Virus record (IMG/VR): IMGVR_UViG_3300045974_000588
Reading direction: 5' to 3' (one strand)
Length of the DNA stretch: 64,000 bases
Origin: an uncultured virus (IMG/VR IMGVR_UViG_3300045974_000588)
Taxonomy: Duplodnaviria; Heunggongvirae; Uroviricota; Caudoviricetes
Part shown: positions 1-8,405 of the stretch, piece by piece
Layout of the letters: each line of letters begins with the position of its first letter
Position numbering within the stretch: the stretch's first letter is position 1
Made by a program: the position numbers and the translations under genes
Notes under the pieces: generated by a model
Told to the model about the DNA's origin: nothing
Database searches by the model: none
What the model saw: only the letters and a program-made list of their open reading frames with translations

Positions 1-372
1 AATATGCTGACGCAGCGTATCGATGAGCTCATCTTTTGTTACGCCTCCACCACTTCCAGCAGCCGCTGCTTTATTTATCTCCGCTGCATGTTTCGAAACT
101 ACTTTTTCCATGAGAGCTTCTAACATCTCGAGATTTAGTGACAACTCCTTTGGAGCCTGTGTAACTGGTGGGGTTTCCACAGGTCTTGAAGTTTCAGGAT
201 TACCAAGGAATTCGAAGCGAAAAATAGTACCTAAGCGTTCCCAATCTTGTGGAAGCTGTTCTACTGAAACTGTGATGGACATTCCTGGTGATAGATTCCT
301 GGAGCAGATCCAAGCGGATGTAGCACCTTGAGAACTTTCATGAGATATGTTAGTGATTTTTACTATCTGCAT
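1..372 (-). CDS. hypothetical protein, runs off the window start (MQIVKITNISHESSQGATSAW...)
   Basis: Own translation: open frame from ATG at 372 to the window edge, overlapping the stop of 363..617. Confidence 0.6.
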   Translation of the reverse strand, partial: MQIVKITNISHESSQGATSAWICSRNLSPGMSITVSVEQLPQDWERLGTIFRFEFLGNPETSRPVETPPVTQAPKELSLNLEMLEALMEKVVSKHAAEINKAAAAGSGGGVTKDELIDTLRQHI

Positions 373-617
373 AGTTCCAACAAATCGTCTACATCGAGGA
401 CAATTTGAACGCCAAATTTCTCGGTAAACTCTTTCTGAAGCCTTACCACCAGAGTATGAGGTTCTTTGCACTCTTTCAAATCAAATTCGACCAGAGTAAC
501 CCAGCCGCACCGAAGATTGACTGTTTTGTCTTTTCGAATGATATTGAAGGGTTGAGTGCTGTTCCCAACGTGATACTGGTGGTCTTTTGACCAACCGAAG
601 ATCTTTCGTAGAATCAA
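363..617 (-). CDS. hypothetical protein
   Basis: 84-aa ORF, co-directional, with a GAGG RBS upstream. Confidence 0.55.
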   Translation of the reverse strand: MILRKIFGWSKDHQYHVGNSTQPFNIIRKDKTVNLRCGWVTLVEFDLKECKEPHTLVVRLQKEFTEKFGVQIVLDVDDLLELCR

Positions 618-667
618 TTAATCCTCGCTGCCCATTAAAGTCTCCAATACAAGTTTAACCGAGAAAC

Positions 668-2233
668 CTACACGGCATAGATATCGGCTTCTTCTACCGC
701 TTTGCCATCTTCGGTAACTGTGTAGTTCAAAACTGATTCGCAGATTCTTCGGAACTTCTTAGCGCAACCGTAAAGGATTCCGCAGCCACCATCTTTATAG
801 TAGACAGCTTTTGGATCTAACTTGAATGGATAGTCGCGCTGAACACGGCCAATAGCCTGCTCAATGAAGTTCTCATTTGCTGTAGGAGTCGTGATATGAA
901 TGGAACTAATGCAGGGAATATCGGATCCTTCGCTAAACAGTTTAGTTGAAGCACAAAGGACATCGATTCGGTTATTATAGAACTGACCAAGCTTGTGCTT
1001 CACTTCTTGGCTAAGATTCAAATCTGAGATTGCACTGATGAAGTGATCCCAAGTCTTAATCAAATCCCAATCAATGTCCTCAGCGGCAGAAGTCTGAGTC
1101 TTGAGATACTCCATTGCTTTCTCAAGTTGGAAAATCTGATCAAGGATTGCATCTTTGTCTTTCGTTGGGCCAACGATGCATCCAGCCTTAGCGCCCTTCA
1201 CTCTAAGAGCTTCACAAAGGATTTCAGCGTGTTTTACTCTATCCGATAATACGATTACTCGGTGTCCATCAGCAATATCTTTCAAAACGTGATCGATAAT
1301 CTTTTCATTCCTCTTGGCATTCTTAGCGACCGCATTGACAACTGTCACCCAGTTGACATTCGATCCAAACGGAAAATGACCACCTTGAATAATCTCGACA
1401 GCACAGTTATTCTTCAAAGTGCTGGAGAATCTAACAGGACCTAACAAATCAGGAAGCAAAAGATGGTAGTTGTCTTTGCGCTTGGGAGTAGCGGAAACTC
1501 CTACAAACAATAGTGGATTCATATGTTTAATGATTGTAGTCAAGCAATGAGCTGGAGCTCTGTGGCATTCATCCACCAAAACTAGCCCATATCTATTCTG
1601 AATAGCCTTCAAACGTTGTTCAATGTTGTAGTTAACAAGCTGATAAGTGGAAACCGTAATTGGGAAATCAATTGGTTCAACACCATCAAAGGAAAGCTCA
1701 CCAATCAAAGGCTTACCGTATTTCTTCTCTAGCTCATTGATATTGGTAAAGTCTCGCATTCTCTTGATGAACTGGTCTTTCAAATCTGTCTTGTTCACCA
1801 AAAGAAGAGTCCGCTGCTGCTGAAGCGTTACAAACGCATTCATCACAACTGTTTTACCGTATCCAGGCTTCGCTTGGAAGATTCCACCAATGTTAGGATC
1901 AATCAAAGTTTTGAGACCAAGCTTCTGATCATCTTTTAACTTACCTGTGAACTGAAGCGGAATTCCAAGAGGAACGTTACTCCTCTTGTCCACAATCTCC
2001 AATTCATGAAAGAGTCTGTAAATCTTATCTAAATCGCCACGACTGAAGACAACATACTCTCCAACTTCTCGATACATATGAACCCACTCTTCAAGGAATG
2101 GATTTTCGTCGTAATTGTCGTATCCAAAGTCAACTCGTTGCTCAAAACGGTAAGAAAATGACTGCAGAAGGCCTGGATACTGATTTACATACACTTTTGG
2201 AACGTAAAGGCCGTCTGCTAGAAGAGCTTTCAT
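668..2233 (-). CDS. superfamily 2 (DEAD/DEAH-like) DNA helicase
   Basis: Walker A AKPGYGKT, Walker B LVDECH, motif III SAT, motif V SEGSDIP, motif VI QAIGRVQR. Confidence 0.9.
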   Translation of the reverse strand: MKALLADGLYVPKVYVNQYPGLLQSFSYRFEQRVDFGYDNYDENPFLEEWVHMYREVGEYVVFSRGDLDKIYRLFHELEIVDKRSNVPLGIPLQFTGKLKDDQKLGLKTLIDPNIGGIFQAKPGYGKTVVMNAFVTLQQQRTLLLVNKTDLKDQFIKRMRDFTNINELEKKYGKPLIGELSFDGVEPIDFPITVSTYQLVNYNIEQRLKAIQNRYGLVLVDECHRAPAHCLTTIIKHMNPLLFVGVSATPKRKDNYHLLLPDLLGPVRFSSTLKNNCAVEIIQGGHFPFGSNVNWVTVVNAVAKNAKRNEKIIDHVLKDIADGHRVIVLSDRVKHAEILCEALRVKGAKAGCIVGPTKDKDAILDQIFQLEKAMEYLKTQTSAAEDIDWDLIKTWDHFISAISDLNLSQEVKHKLGQFYNNRIDVLCASTKLFSEGSDIPCISSIHITTPTANENFIEQAIGRVQRDYPFKLDPKAVYYKDGGCGILYGCAKKFRRICESVLNYTVTEDGKAVEEADIYAV

Positions 2234-2270
2234 TCTTACCTCACTACACTAGAATAACCCATATTCCTGA

Positions 2271-2305
2271 GAAAAGCTAGGCTCTTTTTAGGAGCCTAGC
2301 TTTTC
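2271..2305. terminator. intrinsic terminator hairpin
   Basis: 14-bp inverted repeat GAAAAGCTAGGCTC/GAGCCTAGCTTTTC just after the SPFH gene stop. Confidence 0.75.
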
Positions 2306-2318
2306 AAAGCTTATCAGT

Positions 2319-3614
2319 TTACTGCTTCTGCTTCTTCTCAGCCTTGGCCTGACCACGCGCCATCGAAAGATCCAAACCAAGATCACGCGCCGCCTTAGCA
2401 GACATCAGATCCATGAACTGAGTTCCAACATTGCCACCGACACCAGAACCACCGCCCCACTGCATAGTAGGAACAAGTGGGTGATCGTGCTTACCAAAGC
2501 CATCGGCCCAATACTTCTGGGATTCAAGCCAAGCAGCCAACTTCTTGTCAAGCGCACCGTCAGCAGTCATGATCAGCTGACGCTTGGTAGCTTCACCCTG
2601 ACCCTCGAGGATCAGCTTCTGTTTGTTGAGCTCGGCAGTCTTTACGCCAAGAGCAGCCACATCCCGTTCCTTTTCAGCCCGGGTAACTTCCGTAGCCTTC
2701 TCAACTTCCTGCTTCCACTTGGCCTTGGCAGCTTCAGCCTCACCATTCTTGGCTGCTGTCAAAGCGTCCTGCTCAGCCTGGAGGGCCTTGCTCTTAGCAG
2801 TCTGGACCGCCATGAAGTTAGACTGCTGATCACTGATCTGCTTCTGAACTGTGTCTTGGAAAGTCACAGCATCAATGGCTGGGGACAGAAGGACGATGCC
2901 AAACTCAGCAACCTGAGAAGAACTCTGTCGCTTTGGCTGATTTTTCTCATCCATCGCAATCTTAACCAGTGAAACAGTCTTCATGATGCCAGTGATAGGG
3001 TCAGGCTGCTTTTCTGAAATCGTCTCCATCTGATAGACACCATTCCGTGCCTGATCTTCGAAGAAGCGTAGCAGGTCAGGCTTGCGAGCCGAATAAGCTT
3101 CTGCTGAAGACATAAGTGGTCCAGTCAGGTAAATCGACCGCTCGATGGCAGGACGAATCAACTGCTGATCAATAGCCGCTTGAGATCCGTAGAGAGTATG
3201 AAGTTTAATGATCTTGTCGTGGGACATTGGCATTTCCCAAGAGATCACACCGCTGACTTTGGCCGTTCCGCCATCGTTAAACTGAACAGGCAGTGATTCA
3301 TCCTTCTTGGAGCCTTGATCTGGCTTGGAGCTAAAAGAAAACTGATCTCGTTTCTTATAGAAGGTGCACTTTCCAAACCACTGAGCTTTCGGGCCGGCGT
3401 CAGTGTAAGAGGTAAGGCCTCCACCAAGACCCTGGACGACGAGAATCTTGTCTGCATCGTTTACCACCACGATGCCAAAGAGGAGGATTACAGCGAGGAT
3501 TCCTCCTGCGATGTATCCGCCGGCCTTCAGCCAACGCTTGAAGTCGATATTACCAAGTTGTGCAAGAGGACCGCTCGGGTCTTGTTCAAAAGTATTGCGA
3601 ACCATTTTATTCAC
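2319..3614 (-). CDS. SPFH/Band 7 (prohibitin-like) membrane protein
   Basis: N-terminal transmembrane helix, SPFH-like core (VQFNDGGTAKVSG...LIRPAIERS), Ala/Glu/Lys coiled coil. Confidence 0.75.
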   Translation of the reverse strand: MNKMVRNTFEQDPSGPLAQLGNIDFKRWLKAGGYIAGGILAVILLFGIVVVNDADKILVVQGLGGGLTSYTDAGPKAQWFGKCTFYKKRDQFSFSSKPDQGSKKDESLPVQFNDGGTAKVSGVISWEMPMSHDKIIKLHTLYGSQAAIDQQLIRPAIERSIYLTGPLMSSAEAYSARKPDLLRFFEDQARNGVYQMETISEKQPDPITGIMKTVSLVKIAMDEKNQPKRQSSSQVAEFGIVLLSPAIDAVTFQDTVQKQISDQQSNFMAVQTAKSKALQAEQDALTAAKNGEAEAAKAKWKQEVEKATEVTRAEKERDVAALGVKTAELNKQKLILEGQGEATKRQLIMTADGALDKKLAAWLESQKYWADGFGKHDHPLVPTMQWGGGSGVGGNVGTQFMDLMSAKAARDLGLDLSMARGQAKAEKKQKQ

Positions 3615-3849
3615 CCTCCTTGGGATGTTTGCGGAGGTTTTCCGCGTGTTTGAGAAGTTCGTCTCGCTCGTTCTCGAGTTCGGCGATTCTTACTTGCTGC
3701 CGTGCAACTTCCAACTCAGCTTCAATGCTGGATCTGGATCTGAAGGCGGGGAAGAATGGAGTTTTCCGGAAGAGTGGTATGAGAACTTGCGTTATCACTA
3801 CCAAGATTACCAGCAGAGCTGATAGAATTTCAAGAACTTGAAAGGGCAT
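3607..3849 (-). CDS. small membrane protein
   Basis: N-terminal hydrophobic helix plus coiled coil; GGAGG RBS; overlaps the SPFH start. Confidence 0.65.
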   Translation of the reverse strand: MPFQVLEILSALLVILVVITQVLIPLFRKTPFFPAFRSRSSIEAELEVARQQVRIAELENERDELLKHAENLRKHPKEGE

Positions 3850-3858
3850 TAAGCCTCC

Positions 3859-4089
3859 TTAGATATCGCCACGAAGAAAAAGAACAGGTTTGATGGGTTC
3901 TTTGACCGTAACAGTTTCTCCACCCTTCTTTAAGGTCAACTGTTTTACACTAGAATCGGCCAAAGTAACTTCAATGTTATGTTTTACCGCTAAAGCCATC
4001 AGTTTTGTTTTAGCGGCCTTCTTCAGCTCAGGGTCCGTTGTCACTAACCAACGGTTTACAGCTGTTCGGAATTCACTAGTAATTCTCAT
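3859..4089 (-). CDS. hypothetical protein
   Basis: ORF with GAGG RBS in a tightly packed operon. Confidence 0.6.
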   Translation of the reverse strand: MRITSEFRTAVNRWLVTTDPELKKAAKTKLMALAVKHNIEVTLADSSVKQLTLKKGGETVTVKEPIKPVLFLRGDI

Positions 4090-4098
4090 ACTTCCTCA

Positions 4099-4494
4099 CT
4101 ATCCCAAACTTAGGGTTTTTAGCCGCCCAAGGAATGATACCTCTGCTGGCTCTTTCTTTGTTTTCGAAAATTCATCTTCTAAGAATTGAAATGTTGGCTC
4201 TTGCTGCAGACACTCTCGAATTAAGCTGGGAATAGCGTCTCTGAGCTCTGAAGGCATATCACTGAAATTGATACAGTGCAAAGGCTGCAGAATCTTATAA
4301 GCCTCTCCGGCAAACTTGGGATCCACGCCAAGAAGTTCTCCCACATTCCGAATGCAGCAGATGTCGAAGTGGCCTTTCTTAAACATGCTGTTTAAAGCCG
4401 TTACTGCCGAGAGTTGTTTAAGATCCACTGGTGACTCCGAGCAGTATTTCTTTGAGCTCTGGTGCAACTTCCATGTATTTCTCGATAAGCGCAA
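4099..4494 (-). CDS. hypothetical protein (true start probably near 4430)
   Basis: Co-directional ORF; its 5' part overlaps the upstream gene. Confidence 0.55.
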   Translation of the reverse strand: MRLSRNTWKLHQSSKKYCSESPVDLKQLSAVTALNSMFKKGHFDICCIRNVGELLGVDPKFAGEAYKILQPLHCINFSDMPSELRDAIPSLIRECLQQEPTFQFLEDEFSKTKKEPAEVSFLGRLKTLSLG

Positions 4495-5011
4495 GCTCTA
4501 CTGCCTGATTCATTTCAAAATCTGGCTCATCTTCTTTGATCTTGTCGTACATTCGAACCATGAATTTGCGAACCATTATAAGAGCGAGGTGCTTTGGAGA
4601 ATCTACGTTAGCTTCGATCTCTTCCCAAGTCTTCCCAAGATTCATCAACTGAAGCATTTTGAGTTCGGTTACGATCTTGACAGCATCTTGGAAACTCTGT
4701 GGCTTGGTTTTCAAGATTTCAGCAGCTATGTATTGGATCGCGTTCTGACAGTTGGCTCGAATCTTTGGATCTTCATGTCCTAGGGCGTTCTTCTGAAGCT
4801 GCCCAATGAGATCAAGCGTCATGGGCTTCTTTTTCTTCCAAGCTTCGAGTTCTTGGAACTGAAGCTTCATTTTCTCTTCTGCTTCATCAACTTCGAGGCA
4901 GTAGTTTGGATTCGTAAGAGGACCGGCTTTAGCTTTCAGATACGCTTCTCGAGCATCAGAAAACTGCTTCTTAGCGTCTTCCAAGCTAATGGCGTGATTC
5001 TTCCAGACCAT
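4418..5011 (-). CDS. hypothetical alpha-helical protein
   Basis: 197-aa ORF abutting its neighbours. Confidence 0.65.
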   Translation of the reverse strand: MVWKNHAISLEDAKKQFSDAREAYLKAKAGPLTNPNYCLEVDEAEEKMKLQFQELEAWKKKKPMTLDLIGQLQKNALGHEDPKIRANCQNAIQYIAAEILKTKPQSFQDAVKIVTELKMLQLMNLGKTWEEIEANVDSPKHLALIMVRKFMVRMYDKIKEDEPDFEMNQAVELALIEKYMEVAPELKEILLGVTSGS

Positions 5012-5308
5012 CTAAGCCACCTTGTTCAAGTGAGTGACAACCAAGCTCTGCATAGATTCCATCCAGTTACGAGTCGCTTCGTTAAACTCAGCATCAGTAA
5101 AAGGGAGATCATCACAAGAGCTGGAAGTCTCGTGATCCATTAGTTGATGCATCAGATCACTGACCATAGGATCTACTTCAGCGATCTGATTCAAAGTGTC
5201 AAAAATTCCTTGAGTGAGAACATCTTCGGGAAAAGGCTTCCCTGCATCAAAATTCTCGATTCCTCTATCCAAGATAGCTTTGATTTTCTCGAGGTCTGAT
5301 GTAATCAT
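5012..5308 (-). CDS. hypothetical protein
   Basis: ORF with GGGAG RBS. Confidence 0.6.
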   Translation of the reverse strand: MITSDLEKIKAILDRGIENFDAGKPFPEDVLTQGIFDTLNQIAEVDPMVSDLMHQLMDHETSSSCDDLPFTDAEFNEATRNWMESMQSLVVTHLNKVA

Positions 5309-5374
5309 TGGATCTCCCTTCCAAAGTAACCCTAGTTCTTTGGCATTTTGATTGGTTCTTGTAGTAAATACAAT

Positions 5375-5551
5375 TTAGGCTTCATCACCAATTCCACAGT
5401 GTGGGCATTTTACCAGCTTCTTGTCTCGACGCTTATCCCAATGCTTGTTGGTAGCAGATTCTTTCTTGCAGCTTAGACAAAGGTAGCGATGTTCTTCGAA
5501 CTTGCCGAGTCGGTCCTCAAAGGCTATTCGAATTCCCCGATGACTCATCAT
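5375..5551 (-). CDS. small zinc-ribbon protein, 58 aa, not in the ORF track
   Basis: Own translation MMSHRGIRIAFEDRLGKFEEHRYLCLSCKK...VKCPHCGIGDEA; two CxxC pairs; GAGGTGG RBS. Confidence 0.6.
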   Translation of the reverse strand: MMSHRGIRIAFEDRLGKFEEHRYLCLSCKKESATNKHWDKRRDKKLVKCPHCGIGDEA

Positions 5552-5567
5552 GGTGCCACCTCGAAAA

Positions 5568-5864
5568 TCATGTGATGTCCTCTACAGATTCAAGAAATTC
5601 AGGATACTTCGTTCCAAGTTTATCGAGCCACTTCACCATCGAAGCATGTTCCGTTGTCACTACCACTCGACGGATACAAGCTTTTTCATCGAAACTACAC
5701 CGCTGAGGATATGCTCGCTCCTTCAAAAGATCTTGAAGAACTTCAGCCCTGAAGAAAGGTTCGGTTTCTTTGTCCTTCTTCGTCCCTTCGTAGCCCCACT
5801 GCATTGCACGATCAGGAACGGGCGTCTTGAAAAGGTTGAAAGCGAATGTAAAACGTTTCATCAT
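5568..5864 (-). CDS. hypothetical protein
   Basis: ORF with ATGA overlap to the upstream gene. Confidence 0.6.
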   Translation of the reverse strand: MMKRFTFAFNLFKTPVPDRAMQWGYEGTKKDKETEPFFRAEVLQDLLKERAYPQRCSFDEKACIRRVVVTTEHASMVKWLDKLGTKYPEFLESVEDIT

Positions 5865-6061
5865 TGGCCGAATTCCCCGCCTTCTTTTCGGAAAGCGTCA
5901 AACCCTTCATGAGTCTTATCCAGCTGAGCAAGCTCTCGCTTTGCACCGTCAATTACTAGCTGGGCTTGAAGAACTTCTTCTCTAAAAGCATGTGGAAGAT
6001 CCCGATGATACTCTGCCTGAGCAATGACCTTTTCGAGTTCTTCGCGAGTGGCCTTAATCAC
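5861..6061 (-). CDS. hypothetical protein
   Basis: ORF with stop/start overlaps at both ends. Confidence 0.6.
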   Translation of the reverse strand: MIKATREELEKVIAQAEYHRDLPHAFREEVLQAQLVIDGAKRELAQLDKTHEGFDAFRKEGGEFGQ

Positions 6062-6300
6062 TGATCTCTCCGAACTGTAGCAGAATGTTTGGAAATCTCT
6101 TCGCCCTGAATATTGAGGCTAGTAGTAGTGTGGGTTGCTCCAATGGATCCAGTAACGATGGCCTCCACTTTGGCATGAGCAGCGTTCGTCATGCACTCGT
6201 GGCAGGCAAGACCATGCTCGGTCTTCGAAATCGTCCAACCATTCCAGCCCTTCACTTTAGCCTCCCTAGTCGTTGAAAATAACAACACGAACTCCAGCAA
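6058..6300 (-). CDS. hypothetical protein
   Basis: Co-directional ORF; start uncertain. Confidence 0.45.
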   Translation of the reverse strand: MLEFVLLFSTTREAKVKGWNGWTISKTEHGLACHECMTNAAHAKVEAIVTGSIGATHTTTSLNIQGEEISKHSATVRRDQ

Positions 6301-6535
6301 CCCGAGGATTACGATCCTCGATAGGATGAAGGACGATATCCATCAGTTCACCTTCAGTGCTTCGATTCACTTCAACCAGCTTGAAACCGATTTCTCGGCC
6401 AGTCCAGTGCGAACGGAGTCGAAGGACCACTTCGTTGCTAGGGACCACAGGAAAAGCGACGAGGCCGATGTCGGAGGCCTCAGCGCTAAGGGTTTTCGTT
6501 TCCTTGTTCCAGCTGAACTGTTCCGTGCTAATCAT
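6266..6535 (-). CDS. hypothetical protein (MISTEQFSW...)
   Basis: ATG at 6535 behind GGAGG and the conserved promoter. Confidence 0.65.
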   Translation of the reverse strand: MISTEQFSWNKETKTLSAEASDIGLVAFPVVPSNEVVLRLRSHWTGREIGFKLVEVNRSTEGELMDIVLHPIEDRNPRVAGVRVVIFND

Positions 6536-6552
6536 ATTTCCTCCGACATTAC

Positions 6553-6585
6553 AATATAAGGTGTCGGTTAGAAATATCAATAGGG
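6553..6585 (-). promoter_or_regulatory. conserved phage promoter, copy 1 (TTGATA-16-TATATT)
   Basis: CCCTATTGATATTTC...TATATT then GGAGG and ATG. Confidence 0.8.
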
Positions 6586-6605
6586 TTTTAAGATTTTATC
6601 TTAGA

Positions 6606-6637
6606 GAATCGGCGCCAAGATTAAGTGGCGCCGATTC
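6606..6637. terminator. terminator-like hairpin
   Basis: 12-bp inverted repeat GAATCGGCGCCA/TGGCGCCGATTC right after the stop of 6643..7548. Confidence 0.7.
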
Positions 6638-6642
6638 AGTCG

Positions 6643-7548
6643 TTAGCCTACGATTTTAGTACCACACTCTACACAAAACTTAGCGTGTGCGGTATTGTGA
6701 GTTCCACAAGCTTGGCAAAGTCCAGGAATGGCCTTCGTATCTCGACCACGAAGTCTGAAAGTGAAGAGTTGAGGTTCTGTTGTGGCATCTCCACGCCAGT
6801 AAGTGGTATCAAAAGTCTGTTGACTATTTGATCCTTCTACTGTAGCTCCAGCTTCGCCAATTACGGCCATATCTGGAACTATCAACGAATCCAGTGTCGA
6901 ACTTCCATAAGATGTAGCTGAGCACATTACTACATCAGATGCCAACATTCCCGTGTGCCCTGCAGATCCTCTAGGTCCAAGCGGACCAACAGATCCCAAC
7001 TTGTTGTCAAAAGCATGAGAAGTATAGACTCCGGGAGGTGCCCAGCCACTCAAATTTCGAGTTGCTCCACCTCCACCAGTGTGACGGAAGCTTGGAGGAG
7101 CTGTTGGAACCGATTTCCTTACTTGCGGCAGTGTTACCCAGTTTGGATCGGCTTTCTCCTTCCACAGCTTGATAATCACATCGCCATTATCAGAGCTAGT
7201 AGGATCTGCAACTGCTTCATGACTACTACGAACGAATTTGAAACGCTTCTTAGAGTCGTGGAAACGCTCTAGAAGGGATTCACCATCGAGAATGATGGAA
7301 TCCGTTACTTTGGCGCCGTCAATCCAAAGTTCAAGCCGACGACGAACCGAATCAGTGAATTTAAAGCCAAGAGCAAACTCTGAATCAAAATCCAAAGTCA
7401 CAGTAGATTGGCTCTTTTCACCAACACGATTGTGTTGATATTCTCGACATACATTCCCGCTGGGAAGCTGTCGAACGGTGACGATAGTACCGTCGTAATG
7501 CATCATTGGGTTCCTCCGTGCCCGTTCCAGGGCGTGAAGCCGTTCCAC
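6643..7548 (-). CDS. hypothetical protein with C-terminal zinc ribbon
   Basis: C-terminal CQACG...FCVECG. Confidence 0.7.
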   Translation of the reverse strand: MERLHALERARRNPMMHYDGTIVTVRQLPSGNVCREYQHNRVGEKSQSTVTLDFDSEFALGFKFTDSVRRRLELWIDGAKVTDSIILDGESLLERFHDSKKRFKFVRSSHEAVADPTSSDNGDVIIKLWKEKADPNWVTLPQVRKSVPTAPPSFRHTGGGGATRNLSGWAPPGVYTSHAFDNKLGSVGPLGPRGSAGHTGMLASDVVMCSATSYGSSTLDSLIVPDMAVIGEAGATVEGSNSQQTFDTTYWRGDATTEPQLFTFRLRGRDTKAIPGLCQACGTHNTAHAKFCVECGTKIVG

Positions 7549-7602
7549 TATCGGCTGGGTTTAAGTGGAAAAGGGAAGGAATTTCCCTGTACCGATTATA
7601 AC

Positions 7603-7917
7603 CTACTTCGCAGATTTCACAAACTGGGCTTCTGCTTCCCGCCTAGTGAGCCAATCTCCTACACCCGTTTCCCACTCTACATGAATTAAAAATCCCTCAG
7701 TAGTTCTTCTTACATCTGTTATCTTTCCGCGAGTTCCAGAAGGTACTAGAGCAAGTGCTGTTGCTGTCACTGAGCTATCCAACAAGTGGTTAGCTTCAGA
7801 AATTGAATAATTTTTACGCATGTAAACTCCCATTCCGATTATAATGGCACTAGGTATGGGGAAGTGTTTTTCAAGCCGGCACAAGGGCAATGTACGGCAG
7901 GAATCAATATTACACAC
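7603..7917 (-). CDS. hypothetical protein (true start probably MRKNY near 7821)
   Basis: ORF with GGGAG RBS and an upstream TATAAT before the internal ATG. Confidence 0.5.
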   Translation of the reverse strand: MCNIDSCRTLPLCRLEKHFPIPSAIIIGMGVYMRKNYSISEANHLLDSSVTATALALVPSGTRGKITDVRRTTEGFLIHVEWETGVGDWLTRREAEAQFVKSAK

Positions 7918-7919
7918 CG

Positions 7920-7943
7920 GGGGCCCGAAACTAATCGGGCCCC
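7920..7943. terminator. terminator-like hairpin
   Basis: GGGGCCCGA/TCGGGCCCC inverted repeat after the stop of 7951..8385. Confidence 0.6.
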
Positions 7944-7950
7944 AGTTTAG

Positions 7951-8385
7951 TTACTTAGCAGCAAGAATTGTTTTTGCTTCTGCCAGCCAATCTGTTGGTT
8001 TTCCAGCTACGTAGGACGAGATAATCCAGTTCATAATTGGACCATCGATTTTCTCTAGGATCATACCCATCCAGCCAGTAAAGACAATCAAGTCGTCCAA
8101 CATCTGAACAGCAGTCGTAAGAGCCAGCTCTTTGTCGAATTTAGAGCCCTCAGGAGCATCAGCCAGGAACTTTTGCTTTGACACTTCGATCGCTGCGCAG
8201 ATCAAACCAACCAAACCCTGCACTTTCTTAATGGTGGCCCACAGCTGGGGTGGCTTAAGAGCTTCTGGGTAGCTAAGAGCCAGCACTTCTCCAGCAGCAC
8301 CAAGAATTGGTGTGGGATCAAAAATTCCCTTGACATCTTTCATAAAAGCATCTTTATCAATCTTTACCACAATAGCATCGGCCAT
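7951..8385 (-). CDS. hypothetical protein
   Basis: 144-aa ORF with strong AGGAGG RBS; amphipathic helices. Confidence 0.7.
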   Translation of the reverse strand: MADAIVVKIDKDAFMKDVKGIFDPTPILGAAGEVLALSYPEALKPPQLWATIKKVQGLVGLICAAIEVSKQKFLADAPEGSKFDKELALTTAVQMLDDLIVFTGWMGMILEKIDGPIMNWIISSYVAGKPTDWLAEAKTILAAK

Positions 8386-8405
8386 TTTGACCTCCTTTGA
8401 ATATG

